Shown here in pieces: positions 28,331-40,805 of a stretch of 64,000 bases of DNA. The stretch lies in contig CM000154.2 in NCBI GenBank assembly GCA_000004695.1, positions 672,001 to 736,000 of the forward strand, in the 5' to 3' direction. A program made the position numbers and the translations under genes. The notes beneath the pieces are model-generated. The model had not been told where the DNA came from. It made no database searches and saw nothing but the letters and a program-made list of their open reading frames with translations. The DNA is from Dictyostelium discoideum. Lineage: Eukaryota. Positions within the stretch are counted from its first letter, which is position 1. The number at the start of each line of letters is the position of its first letter.

Positions 28331-29010
28331 AGTTACAGATGATGATGATGATTTACCAATTGTGTCATTTGAAAAGTTTGGTGTTGATGTTTGTGATGTT
28401 AATGAGTTTGGTGTTGATGTGGATGATGATGATAATGGTGGTGAATTTTTATTAGAGTTTACAATTTGAATTGGTTGGAATGATGATTATAATGACGAGC
28501 TTGAAGTATTACTAATAGATCCTAATGGTCCTAATCCACAAACTGAAATTGCATTACTTATTGTCGAGTTTAATGGTGATGATGAAGTTGGTTATGCTCC
28601 TGGTGTTCCTCCTGAATTGGAGTTTTTCTTCCACCCAATAAACGATGGCATATTACTTTATTTTTGTATAAACTCTTTTTTCTAATTAGTAAAAAAAATT
28701 AAAAACCAAGGAAAAAAAATTAAAAATAATAAAACTATTTTAAAACATATCACATTACGATAGTGATTTTAAATCAGTAAAAGAAAAAAAAAAAAAAAAT
28801 TAAACATTTAAATAATAAATAAACTAAAATTTAATCTTTTAAATAATAATAATAAATAAAATTAAAAATAATAAATTAATAAGAATAAAACTATTTTAAA
28901 TAATCACTTTACCCTTGTGATTTTAAAATATTAGAAAAAAATAAAAAAATAAAAAAAAAATATAATTATTTGAAATATTTTTTTTTTTTATTGAAATAAA
29001 TATTATTATA

Positions 29011-29138
29011 AAATGAAATTTAAAATGTTTCTTTTTTAAAATTCAAGATTCTAACATGGCAAACAGTTAGAAATAATTAAATGTTTGCCATGTTAGAATC
29101 TTAAATTTTAAAAAAGAAACATTATAAATTTCATTTTA
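29011..29138. repeat. Near-perfect 56-bp inverted repeat (hairpin) with a 16-nt spacer
   Basis: The left arm aaaatgaaatttaaaatgtttcttttttaaaattcaagattctaacatggcaaaca and the right arm tgtttgccatgttagaatcttaaattttaaaaaagaaacattataaatttcatttt are reverse complements with 2 mismatches. Confidence 0.9.
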
Positions 29139-29444
29139 TAATAATAGTTATGAGATGATTGCTAAATGAAATACAAACTATTGTATTGGAAAGTTGTTGA
29201 CAACTAATGTTTAACCTGCAATTGGAAATGGTCTTGTTTTTTTGATTCGTAATCAGGGAGTGTTGATATATAAGATTTTATCATTTTGAATTTGTTCCAT
29301 GGTGAATGATTTTTGTATTGTGTCTTTGTCCGTATACACCATGAAACTAAAGAGATCGTGCGCTATTTCTTTTTTTGAATGTCGGAATATTCTTTAGATT
29401 TGCTTCCCAATTTTCATGAAACATAACATAAAACTTTCCAATAG

Positions 29445-30123
29445 TTAACGAACCTGAATTACCCTTGTTGAAATATGGTGGTGATCTCCCAGTTGAACAG
29501 CTTTGCTAAAGTTGGTGGTGGATATGTTGGTTGTAGAAGTAGTTGATGTATTGGTTGTAGAAGCAGTTGATATGTTGCGTGTTGTGGAAGAGGTTGGTGT
29601 GTTGATTGTAAAAGTAGTGGATTTGTTGGTTGTAGTGGTAGAGGTTGAGTGCTTTAAAAACTCCTCTTTCAACTTTGAATAATTTTTATGGGCAGCATAT
29701 TCATATAATTTATCATAACAAGGAAATCTAAGTTTAATACTATCCCAAGCAGTTTCAAAAAGATCAAAAGATTTACGACTAATACCCTTGATGAATTGAT
29801 TTGCATACTCTTCTTTTTGTAAAATGAAAGTTTTTACCAATGATTCTAAATCATCAGATTCATCAAATTTAAATATATAATCTCTATTATTATTTTTTAA
29901 AGTTTGGCATATTCTACTTGATGCTGTGGATTTACTACCTTGATATGTACAATCATCACCTTTATTGACAGAAAATCCGAAATCAATTAAAAGTGGATGT
30001 TTATTTAAAACTAAAATATTTGACGGTCTAATATCTCTATGAATTACATTCTTTTTGTGGATTGATTGAATTATATCTACCAACTAAACAATTTTTAGAA
30101 AAGTAAGTAAAATAAAAGTATTA

Positions 30124-30204
<81 letters not shown>

Positions 30205-31319
30205 TAATATTAAATAAAGTTACCTCTGAATAAAATGATGCAGGTGCACCACTGCTATCAATTGGGAGTCCTCTTGGTGAGATTTGAATAAAAAAACCTT
30301 TTTCACAACATTTAATAATTGATGGAATACCAGTTATACCCTTTAATCTATTCAACATTGAAATTTCATTGTCATATTCCAATTTTTGATGAAATACCTT
30401 GAATACTTTAGAATTATCAACAATAAATACTTGGGATGTTGCGCCAGAGAAAAATTCAACTCCTGATGTTTTTGATATTTTTAAACTGGATGGAATTGGA
30501 GTGATGTTATATTCTACATAAGACATAAGATCATAAAGATGTTGGATACCTGTTGTTAAAGGGTAGTCTTTTGTTATTTCAAACTTTTTACTACCATCTG
30601 AAAGTTTATATCTGAAAAATTTGATTAATTCTTTGTTTATCAAGAAACCAAACATTGATCCATCGTTGAAATGACGGTTTGAATTTTCAACTACGAATTC
30701 CATGTAACTAATAACTTGACCTTTATATTGTGAAGTATCTAAACTTTGATTGATTTTAATGTCTCCTGTAATATAAACCCAGTATGGTTCATATGGGAAA
30801 TTGATATCTCTTATTGCTAAATCACAAAACATTTTAGGTTTAGAGCTGCACATCATTTTAGAGGTACCATCATATATTTGGATTTTTTTTCCTTTGTTTA
30901 AAATTCTAAATATTCTAAATAACTCTTTTTGTAATGCTTTTTCATCTGTGTATTGACCTGTACTAATTTCATTTACTAAATTACCTAATTCAACCTTAAC
31001 CTCTGTTGTTGGAATTTTCCATTGTTTGAAATTGCAATTCTCTTTAATAATTCCCGAATCATTCTTTTTTGAAAAATTTTGAGAATATGTTGTTTTGCTT
31101 AAAAAAAAAACACAGTTGTTAGATATATGTAAAAAACATTATGTAAAACAATAAAAGCATTGATATTTTCTTACCTCTGTTTGAGTTCTTGATTCTACAA
31201 GGGCTTCCACCATTTTCTTTTTCCTCTAATTTTTTATTATTTTCCTCTAGTTTTTTATCTTTTTCCTCGTTATCTCTTTTCAAATTTTCAATTATTTGAA
31301 GTAAATCTTTTTCAGCCAT
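29445..31319 (-). CDS. Divergent protein kinase (eukaryotic protein kinase catalytic core with atypical N-lobe)
   Basis: Proposed exons are 31319..31175 (MAEKDLLQIIENLKRDNEEKDKKLEE…, coiled-coil, GTAAGA donor), 31041..30224 and 30083..29445. The catalytic loop reads LVDIIQSIHKKNVIHRDIRPSNILVLNKHPLLIDFGFS. The G-loop/VAIK equivalents are FFSGATSQVFIVDNSKVFKVF. Intron 2 (30084..30223, GTAACT donor) contains (AAT)n. The exon 1/2 acceptor is uncertain. Confidence 0.6.
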
Positions 31320-31768
31320 TATTTTCGTTATTATTATTTAATAAAAAATTATAAAAAATGAAAAAAAAAAAAAAAAATTTTAAAAATTATAAAAAATAAA
31401 AAATAAAAAAATTTTTTAAAAATTATGAAAAAAAAGGCGCGAAAAAAATTTTCGTTACTAATCCATTTATGTATCAGATCAAATAAATTGTTTTTGTAAT
31501 AATTGATATTGTTGTGCTTGTTGTAACTGTTGTGCTTGTAATTGTTGATATCATTGGGCTGTTAACGCATTTTGTGGTGGTGGTTGTTGCTCAAGTCAAC
31601 CTAAAATGAACACCTAAAATGTATTAAATACTCAAAAAATAACATCCAAAGTGTGTGGTGAATTATTATGTGTTTTTTTAAAATTTTAATTATTTATTTA
31701 TTTCATTTTTTTTTTTTTTTTTTAAGTTATTATTTATTATTATTTTATTAAGTTATTATTAAGTTATT

Positions 31769-32800
31769 TTAATAAAATTCATCATCATCACTATTATTAT
31801 TACTTATAATTATATAAGTATTTGGATTAAATAATGGTCGAATAAAACTACCAACATTTAATAAATCAACATTAAAATTTTCAATATAACCATTTTGATT
31901 TTGAATTACATTATAAAAGAATAAAACAATAGAGAAAAATAAATTATCAAAACCAGGTGAAATATCCCAAATTACATTATTTTGTGAATAAATTCCTTTT
32001 GGAATTAAAATATCACAATGTAATGGTCTTTTATATGCAATACTAATCATTATTGAATATTGAGATTAATAAATATAAAATGAATGAAAAAAGTTAGTAT
32101 ATAGTATGTATATGGTGTGTATAGGGTATTATGAAACTTACATTTACTATCTTCATGTTTAATATATTTTGAAGAAAATGGTATCTGGATTTGGAGCAGT
32201 AACATCCCTATATAATTTATAATCCATGTAAGCAACGAATAAACAAAATAATAATTGTTCATCAGTTGGTAATTCATTTGCAATCCAACCTTGACCACCT
32301 TAGGAAAACATGTTTATCACGAGATAATTCAATAATTCCAACAGTGTACCATTCATCATATTATCATATTGTTGTTTTGTAAATGAAATAAATATTAAGA
32401 AGATTAAAAAAAATGAAATTTAAAACGCATATAATATGACCCAAATCCAATATAATCTGAATATTTGGTATTCTCCCAATTACTTGATATCATTGGAAAA
32501 TTTTCACTTTTTAATGTATTTCTATTTGAACTAACAAATGGTGCTGTTTTTGTGGTTTATTTATAATTTGATTTCTATTATTAATAATAGATTGTCTTGG
32601 TGTAATAGTAGTAGTTGGTATTGTTCCTGATGTCGATGTTGATGATGTTGTTGGTATTCTATTTGCAGATCTTGATAATGCACTTGTTGTTAATCTTTCA
32701 ATTTTATTATTATTATAATTATTATCTTTATAATCTTTATTATTACATAAAACATCTTGAATTATAATAATTTTAAAATTTAATAGTTTCATTTACATCA
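31769..32800 (-). CDS. Putative multi-pass membrane protein gene, multi-exon or decayed; identity unresolved
   Basis: Minus-strand coding-like segments lie in three different frames: KSENFPMISSNWENTKYSDYIGFGSYYM (about 32385-32470), GGQGWIANELPTDEQLLFCLFVAYMDYKLYRDVTAPNPDTIFFKIY (about 32160-32300), and …ISIAYKRPLHCDILIPKGIYSQNNVIWDISPGFDNLFFSIVLFFYNVIQNQNGYIENFNVDLLNVGSF…DDDEFY* (31769-32050). No consistent GT-AG path was established. Confidence 0.25.
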
Positions 32801-34103
32801 TCATCATCATCATCACACATATATACATTCTAGTTTTCCATTATTTTTTTTTTTTAATTAATAAATAAAAATAAAATCATTGGAAAGATTTTTTTTTTTT
32901 TTTTTTAAACAAAATATTTTTTAATTATTAAAAAATGAAAAAAAAAAAATTTAAGTATGTGATATAGTTAACAATACTTTTTTATTTTTTATTTTTCATT
33001 TTTCACATAGAAAAAAAAAAAAATTTCCACTTTTTTTTTTTTTTTTTTAAAAATAATATCACAAGATATTATATGAAAGAGAAAAAAAAAATTTTGTCAT
33101 AAAATTGGGAAAAAAAAAAAATGAGAAATAAAAATAAAAAAAAATTAATGAAAAACAAAAAGATATTCATTAATAAATGTGTAATTGTTATTTTTTTTTT
33201 TTTTTTTTATTTTTTTTTTTTAAAATAATATCACAAGATATTATATTAAAAGTATATTTTATTTTTTTTTTTTTTATTTTTTTTTTTTTTTATATGAGAA
33301 TATTTACTACATTAGGAATGAATTAATTGAACTACTTATTGAAACTTTCTTTAATTATAATTTTATTTTGGCATAATATTATTTTAAAAACATTTACTAA
33401 TTGTTATGTTAATTTAAATCTGTATCATAGTCATTTTTTTCATTTTTTTTTCCTAATTTTAATTTTTTTCTATCTTTTTTAATTATTGATTTTGTGAATG
33501 ATATTATACCTAAAGATATAGTTTTTGTTGTATCATATAAAACCCAAAATAACTTTTCCAATATACATAATATGAATAAAAATGCCAATAAAAATGGTAT
33601 ATATGAAAATATACATAGGATGTAGTATAAAAAGTAAACTGTGTAATAGATGATTATGTAAATATTTTTAAAAGTAAAAAAATGAGATATTACAATAAAT
33701 AATGAAATTATTATTATAATTAAAAAAAGTTTGTTGTAGTTGTATTGAGTTTATTTTATCCATTTTTAATAAACCAAAATTTATTTTTTGAAAGTTTAGA
33801 ATGATTTAATTATGAAATAATTTTTTTTTTTTTTTTCCAATAGCTTTTTATAATTATTTTTGAGTAAATTATAAATAAAAAAAAAAAAAAAAGAAAATTG
33901 AAAAAAAAAAAAAGTTTTCTTTTTTAGGAAAGTTAAATATTTTTATTTTTTTTATTTTTTTTTTTTATTAATTATTTTTATGGTAATCAAAATATCGTGA
34001 TTAATAATAAAAAAATAAATATAATATTTTAAATTCTTTTTTTTTTTTTTTAATTTTTTTTTTTTTGATTTTCATCAAATTTGATAACGGGAAGGAAAAA
34101 TAA

Positions 34104-34487
34104 TTATTTTGGAGAGCAAACAATGTTTGAACAATTACCAGGAATTATAGCATCCATTCTTTGACCGAAATTAGTGAGAGCAGCATAATTTCTATGTGAT
34201 TCACCAGCAGTGATTTGATATTGTTCTATTGGATACCATTTTACAAAACACACATCAGCACCACTAATAAAAGATTGAACATTACCACGGAAACCATCAG
34301 ATAATGAGAGATAACCTTGAGAGACATTGTAAACATAACGATCACCTTTGAAATCCCAACTACTAAATAAGTAAACTTGACCATCTGGTGCACCAACACA
34401 TGTTGGATCTAATGATAAACTACCATTAATAATTGAAAAAAATAAAATTGTTGAAATAATTAAGATTAAGGAATTTCTAATATTCAT
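34104..34487 (-). CDS. Small secreted beta/gamma-crystallin-fold protein
   Basis: Single exon. Signal peptide [25 protein letters not shown]. Greek-key signature [16 protein letters not shown]…[22 protein letters not shown]. Six Cys residues. Confidence 0.55.
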   Translation of the reverse strand: MNIRNSLILIISTILFFSIINGSLSLDPTCVGAPDGQVYLFSSWDFKGDRYVYNVSQGYLSLSDGFRGNVQSFISGADVCFVKWYPIEQYQITAGESHRNYAALTNFGQRMDAIIPGNCSNIVCSPK

Positions 34488-35065
34488 TTTTAATTTTTTT
34501 ATTTGTTTTTTTTGTTAAATGTTTGAATTTTAATGAAGACTTGAAAAACTAAATTCTCAATCTATTTATAGTTTTTTAATTTCAATATTGAAAACATATA
34601 AAAAAATTCAGATTTTATATTAAAAAATCAATATTACTTACTTTGGATAATTAAAAAACTTTAAAAATAAAAAATCCAAGTTTATTAACCGACTTTCTTA
34701 ATTTCAGTTGGTAAATGTACATTTTATATATTTAATTAATATCATCATAAATAAAATAATATTTTATTAAAAAAAAAAAATTAAAAAAAAAAAAAAAAAA
34801 AAATTAAAAAAAATAAAGATATTAAAAATTAATAGATCTATATTTTATTTGGTTTAAATTTAGAAAAAAAGTTTTTACTAATTTTTTTTTTTTTTTTTTT
34901 TTTAATTTTTTTTTTTTTTATTTTAAAATTTTTTTATTTTTAATTTTTTTATTTTTAATTTTAATTTAATTTAATTACAATTTAATTATAATTTATTTAT
35001 TTTAATTTTGAATTTTTAAAATAGAAAAAAAATAATTAAAAATGGAAATTGGTTTTAAGTGTTTC

Positions 35066-35110
<45 letters not shown>

Positions 35111-35216
35111 TTTGATATAAAATAAAACATTTATTTCTATTTGAATTAAATTATATTTTTATTATGAAAGAATAACAACAGTTTAAAGTTGATATTATCA
35201 TAGAAGATGTGATTGT

Positions 35217-36009
35217 TTAATATTCTTCTTCTTGTTCTTCACCTTCAGTTGAGGCAGAAACAGATTCATAATCTTTTTCGAGAGCAAGTAAATCGTCACG
35301 AGCTTCAGCAAACTCACCTTCCTCCATACCTTCACCAACGTACCAATGGACGAAAGCTCTCTTGACAAACATGAGATCGAATTTGTGGTTGATTCTTGAG
35401 AAGACTTGAGAGATGGCGGTGGTGTTTGATAACATACAAACGCTCTTCTTGACTTCAGCCATTTCACTATCTTTGGTTGAAACTGGAGCTTGATTATTGA
35501 TACCACATTTGAAACCAGTTGGGGACCAATCGACAAAGGAAACGTTTCTTGATTTCTCTGAACGAATGTTTTGAACGGCTTTTTGGGCTTCTTTTGGTAC
35601 GATATCACCTCTGTACATTAAACAACAGGCCATATATTTACCAAGATTTGGTTGACATTTGGCCATAATGTTCTTTTCAGAGAAGACGGCACTGGTGATG
35701 TTATCGACAGTGATGGTTTCGTGGTGAGCTTTTTCACGTGAGATAACTGGTGCATATGAGCAGAGTACAAAGTGAAGACGTGGGAATGGAACTAAATTGG
35801 TTTGAATATCATTGATATCAAGATTTAATTGACCTGGGAAACGGAGTGATGAAGTTAATGAACTAATAACTTGAGCAATTAAACGATTCAAATTGGTATA
35901 AGTTGGTTTTTCAATATCTAATGAATTCTTACAAATATTATAAATTGCTTCATTATCCAACACTATTTTTTTTAAAATAATAATAAAAAAAAGTTAATAT
36001 TTAAAAAAT

Positions 36010-36061
<52 letters not shown>

Positions 36062-36704
36062 ATTAAAATAACTTACTAAAACTAACATCAGTATGTTCTA
36101 ATAAAGAATGAGTTGAAAGTACAGAATTGTATGGTTCAACGACAGAGGTTGAAACTTGTGGTGATGGGTAAACACAGAAATCGAGTTTTGATTTTTTACC
36201 ACCATAGTCGAGAGCTAATTTTTGGAGTAATAAAGAACCGAAACCAGAACCTGTACCACCACCAACACTGTGGAAGACGAGGAAACCTTGGAGACCATCA
36301 CATTGATCGGCTAAACGTCTGATACGATCGACGCAAACATCGATTAATTCTTTACCAACGGTGTAGTGACCACGAGCATAATTGTTGGCAGCATCTTCTT
36401 TACCGGTAATGAGTTGTTCTGGATGGAAGAGATTCTTGTAATCACCAGTTCTAATTTCATCAATTACGGTTGGTTCCAAATCTAAAAAGATGGCTCTTGG
36501 GACAACTTTCTTACCATTGGTTGATTCGCTAAAGAATGTACCTAAATCTTTGTTGAGGTTGTTGACGTCACTTGATTGTTTACGATCAGCTGGAATTGAA
36601 CCATCACGTTCGATACCATGTTCTAAACAGTAAAGTTCCCAACATGAATTACCTACTTGGACACCTGCTTGACCAATATGAATTGAAATAATTTCACGAC
36701 CCAT
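35217..36704 (-). CDS. tubA: Alpha-tubulin
   Basis: Exons are 36704..36077 and 35962..35217, with a GTAAGT donor, a 114-bp A/T-rich intron and a tAG acceptor. Motifs: [31 protein letters not shown]…[12 protein letters not shown]…LEHTDVSF|[44 protein letters not shown]…[13 protein letters not shown]…EGEEQEEEY*. Confidence 0.9.
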
Positions 36705-36947
36705 TCTTTTTTTTTATTAATTGTTGATTGTTGGTTTTTTTTAAAAATACACAAATAAAATAAAATTGAAAAAAATAAAATAAAACTATTTAATTTAAAT
36801 TGAAATAAATATTATTTGTATAAGTTTCTGGTAATGAAGAAATCTTTACAAAGTTATTATTAAAAAAAAAAAAAAAATAATAATAAAAAAAAAAATAAAA
36901 AAAAAAAAAAAAAAATTGAAAATTGGTGATGAAAAAAAAAAAATTGG

Positions 36948-36994
<47 letters not shown>

Positions 36995-37194
36995 AATCTT
37001 TTTTTTTTTTATTTTTTTTTTTTTTTTTTTTTTTGTGAAATTGAAAAAATTAATTTTGCGCGCCTTTTGTGAAAGGGATTTTTAATTAAATTGAAAATAA
37101 AATAGGAATGTATAGATTAAATTACCAAATTAAGATTGATTATAAAATTATTATATTAATATATATTTTTATGATAATTATGACATGAAAACTT

Positions 37195-37232
<38 letters not shown>

Positions 37233-37301
37233 ATTCAATTTTATTTATTATTTCCAAATTATTTACTTTAATAAAATATTATTTTATTAAATTATAAAAA
37301 A

Positions 37302-37832
37302 ATGATAAGTAATTTTTTAAAATCAAATAATATTAAAAACAATTCTCCCTTTAGATCATTTTGTACTCGTTATAGTGAATCTCACGAATGGATTAAATTT
37401 AACCATAGAAATAAAACTTGTACTTTAGGAATAACTAAATATGCTTCGGATCAATTAAAATCAATTGTGTAAGTACCAAAATTAAAAAATTAAAAAAAAA
37501 AAAAAATTATAAACTAATAATTATAAATTTTTTTTTTTTTAAAAAAAAGAAATATTAATTTACCAGATTTAAATTCAACGATTACAAGAAAACAACCATT
37601 TGGAAATATTGAAAGTACAAAAACTGTTGCTGATCTTTTTTCAGATGTCGATGGAAAAGCAGTTTTATTGAACTCAGATGTCATTGTAGATCCAACAATA
37701 GTTAGCCATAGTCCAGAGGACAAAGGGTGGTTAATTAAAATGGAAAGTAATGACTTTGAATCATTTAATAAAATGATGACAAAAAGTGAATATGGTCAAT
37801 TCTTAAAAGATATTAATAAATCAAATGTTTAA
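37302..37832 (+). CDS. Glycine cleavage H-protein-like paralog (copy c)
   Basis: Exons are 37302..37468 and 37550..37832, with a GTAAGT donor at 37469 and an aaAG acceptor. The product is MISNFLKSNNIKNNSPFRSFCTRYSESHEWIKFNHRNKTCTLGITKYASDQLKSI|VNINLPDLNSTITRKQPFGNIESTKTVADLFSDVDGKAVLLNSDVIVDPTIVSHSPEDKGWLIKMESNDFESFNKMMTKSEYGQFLKDINKSNV*. A Lys is retained at the lipoylation position. Confidence 0.8.
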
Positions 37833-37866
37833 AACAATTAATAACAATTAATAACAATTAATAATA

Positions 37867-37949
<83 letters not shown>

Positions 37950-38170
37950 TAATAATAATAATAAAAAAAGATATTAATAAATCAGAAAATACCATAAAAA
38001 TCCCAAAACAACATAAAAATAGAAATATGGATTTTTATGGCGACACAATTTTTTTATTTTTAATTTTTTTTTTTAATTTTTTTTATTTTTTTTGTTAGCT
38101 AAATTTCTCTTTTTTTTTTTTTTAATTAAAACTTCAAAAAATTAATTAATTTCACAACACATACAAAAAA

Positions 38171-38938
38171 ATGTCAAATAAAGTTATTTTATTTGGTGAT
38201 TTAATGTCACAACCAACAAGAGCAGTATTATGGTTTATGATATTAAATAAAATACCATATGAATTTCGTTTAATTTCAATTAGAAATATGGAACAAAGAT
38301 CAAAAGAATTTGAAAAAATGTAATTATATATATATCAATTTAAAAAATAAATAATAAGAATAATAAATTATAAAAAAAAAAATATATATATTTACTAATT
38401 TTTAATTTTTTTTTTTAGTAATCCATTTAAAAAATTACCAGTAATTCAATATGAAAATCAAAGATTATTTGAAAGTCATACTATATTAAGATGGTTATCA
38501 CAACAATTTAAATTACCACAATATTATGATTACAATGATTTAAATAATAGATGTAAAGTTGATATGTATTTAGATTGGCATCATCTTGGTTTAAGAAAGG
38601 CAACAGCGGGTTTATTCTTTCAAAAGTTTATTTTACCAAAATTTGGTAAATCCGAATCTGAAGATATGGTAAAAGATGCAGAATTAAATATTCCAAGAGC
38701 ATTCAAAGAGATTGAATCAATATTTTTAGCAAATGGTAATAATAATTATTTAATTGGTGATCAAGTTACAATCGCTGATTTCTCATGTTATTGTGAAATT
38801 AATCAATTGGAAGCATTAAATTTTGATTTCAAACCTTATCCAATCCTTACAAATTGGATGGAAAGAATGAAACAATTTAATGGTTTTGAGGAATCTCATA
38901 AAATTATTCATAAAATTGCTTCACAATCAAGATTGTAA
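38171..38938 (+). CDS. Glutathione S-transferase (theta-like)
   Basis: Exons are 38171..38319 and 38419..38938, with a GTAATT donor and a ttAG acceptor. The product is MSNKVILFGDLMSQPTRAVLWFMILNKIPYEFRLISIRNMEQRSKEFEKI|NPFKKLPVIQYENQRLFESHTILRWLSQQF…IGDQVTIADFSCYCEINQLEALNF…SQSRL*. The GST N- and C-domain motifs are present. Confidence 0.8.
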
Positions 38939-39020
38939 ATTAATAAAATAATAAAAAAAAAAAAAAAAGAAAAATCTATACAAATAATTATTTGTTTTAT
39001 TTAAATTTGAATTTTTATTT

Positions 39021-39516
39021 TTATTTATAATCAGTATTTTCACAATAGTGAGCATACTCTTCTTCAGTCATTAAATGATTGGTTTGAAATGGTTCATTAA
39101 TTTTTAATTCAATTGTCCATGAATCTTGGTCATTATTAAAAAATAATGAATTTGATTTTAATGGTAATTTTGGTTTAATCTTTGTTGTTGTTGTTGTTGT
39201 TTTCGTTGAAATTGTTGTAGTTTGTTGATTATTAAATTTATTATTAACTTTTGAAACTATACCAGATAATGGTGATTTAAATTGAATATTTTCTTCTTCT
39301 TTTGTCCATATAGATAGAAATGGTTGATTTAACCTTATTTTATCATTTATTTTTGGTAATTTAATTTTTAAGATTTTATTAAATTCATTATTTACAATAT
39401 CTGATACATAATTAGTAATACCAATTGTTGCAAAATCTTTATTTTCTGAAATTTTAATCCATTGGTGATTTGGTGAATATTTTAACTTTTTATTTCTATT
39501 ATTATTATTATTATTA

Positions 39517-39548
<32 letters not shown>

Positions 39549-39650
39549 GTTTTTATTATTAATAAAATTTCTAATAAAGAATAAATTATTAAAGTTATTC
39601 CTAAATATTATATTATTATTTATTATTTTATTTGATATTATTTTGTTCAT
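39021..39650 (-). CDS. Glycine cleavage H-protein-like paralog (copy d, poly-Asn/Thr inserts)
   Basis: Single exon. Motifs …KYSPNHQWIKISENKDFATIGITNYVSDIVNNEFNKILKIKLPKINDKIRLNQPFLSIWTKEEENIQFKSPLSGIVSKVNNKF…DQDSWTIELKINEPFQTNHLMTEEEYAHYCEN are collinear with the H-protein. Confidence 0.65.
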
Positions 39651-39674
39651 TATTTTTGTTTATATTAAGAAAAA

Positions 39675-39712
<38 letters not shown>

Positions 39713-39960
39713 AACTTTGAACAATAAAAAAAATATATTCCTTTTTTTTTTCCCTTTTTTTTTTTCCTTTTTTTTTTTTTCCTTTTTTTTTTTTTTTTCC
39801 TTTTTTTTTCCTTTTTAGTAATTTTTTTATTTTTAATTTTTAATTTTTTTTTTTTTTTGAGATTTATATCTTTTTGTAAACCAAAAGTTGGATTTTAATT
39901 ATTAATTTAATTGAGGGTCTTTTTATTTTTTTATTTTAATTTTTATTTTTTATTTTTATT

Positions 39961-40302
39961 TTAAATTTTAATTATTTTATTTTTACAATAATTATCATAT
40001 TCATTTTTATTCATTAAACTATTAAAATCATTTATATTTGAAAATTTTATTTTACATAACCAACCCTTTGACATTGGTGATGAATTTATATAATTTGGAT
40101 AATCGAGTACATCTTGATTAATTGAAATCAATTTACAATTTCTTATTGGTGAATTTAAAAGAATTTGGTCAGAAATTGTATCTAAAGAAATGGTTAATGG
40201 TTCATCATCAACTTGATTTTCATCTTTTATTATTGGAAATTTGATATATAAAACATCATCAAATTTATTAATTGGGCCATTCTCTGTTAATCCTAATGTA
40301 CC

Positions 40303-40343
<41 letters not shown>

Positions 40344-40452
40344 TATTATTATTATTAATTGAAATCCATAAATGATTTTTTGAATATCTTGTACAAAAAA
40401 ATTTATTTGAAAGACTTTTTCTTAAATTATTTGTTGTTTTGAACAAAAACAT
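39961..40452 (-). CDS. Glycine cleavage H-protein-like paralog (copy e, lipoyl-lysine position not conserved)
   Basis: Single exon: MFLFKTTNNLRKSLSNKFFCTRYSKNHLWISINN…IIIGTLGLTENGPINKFDDVLYIKFPIIKDENQVDDEPLTISLDTISDQILLNSPIRNCKLISINQDVLDYPNYINSSPMSKGWLCKIKFSNINDFNSLMNKNEYDNYC…. There is no Lys at the E-S-V-K position. Confidence 0.6.
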
Positions 40453-40675
40453 TTTTTTTAATTGCTCGCTCTAAAAAATGAAAAATAAAAATTAAAAAAA
40501 AAAAAAAAATATTTTCATTTTTTTCATTTTACATTTTTTAAAAAATGTTTTAATTTTATTTATTTTTATATTAATTTTCTATATCAAATAGATCAGTCAA
40601 AAATACTCAAAATGATATAAAAAAAAAATCAATTCAACCATCTATTTTTTTTCAAATTTTTATAATGCCAAAACT

Positions 40676-40686
40676 GACATCGAACC
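40676..40686 (-). promoter_or_regulatory. External B box (exB) downstream of the tRNA gene
   Basis: The minus strand reads GGTTCGATGTC, a B-box consensus match, about 30 bp 3' of the tRNA. This is the arrangement typical of Dictyostelium tRNA genes. Confidence 0.55.
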
Positions 40687-40715
40687 AGCGACTTTAGGCT
40701 CGCAGATTGAAAAAC

Positions 40716-40805
40716 TGCCCGAGCTCAGAATCGAACTGAGGACCCTCTGTTATCGCTTTAGTACATAGTACAAGACAGATATAATAACCACTATACGACA
40801 CGGGC
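40716..40805 (-). tRNA. Intron-containing tRNA gene, anticodon most likely UGU (Thr); 73-nt mature body plus a 17-nt intron
   Basis: The minus strand reads GCCCGTGTCGTATAGTGGTTATTATATCTGTCTTGTA[CTATGTACTAAAGCGAT]AACAGAGGGTCCTCAGTTCGATTCTGAGCTCGGGCA. Features: D-loop AGTGGTTA, anticodon stem TCTGT/ACAGA, loop CTTGTAA with the intron after position 37, T-arm CTCAG-TTCGATT-CTGAG, a 7-bp acceptor stem with one U•U, and discriminator A. It is immediately followed by GTTTTT, a Pol III terminator. Confidence 0.7.

Noticed and set aside
33420-33780. Possible small minus-strand ORF (MDKINSIQLQQTFFNYNNN…)
   Set aside because: It terminates after about 30 codons and has low-complexity composition, with no support.
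35198-35608. 136-aa minus-strand ORF inside the alpha-tubulin exon
   Set aside because: It is an out-of-frame overlap with tubulin exon 2.
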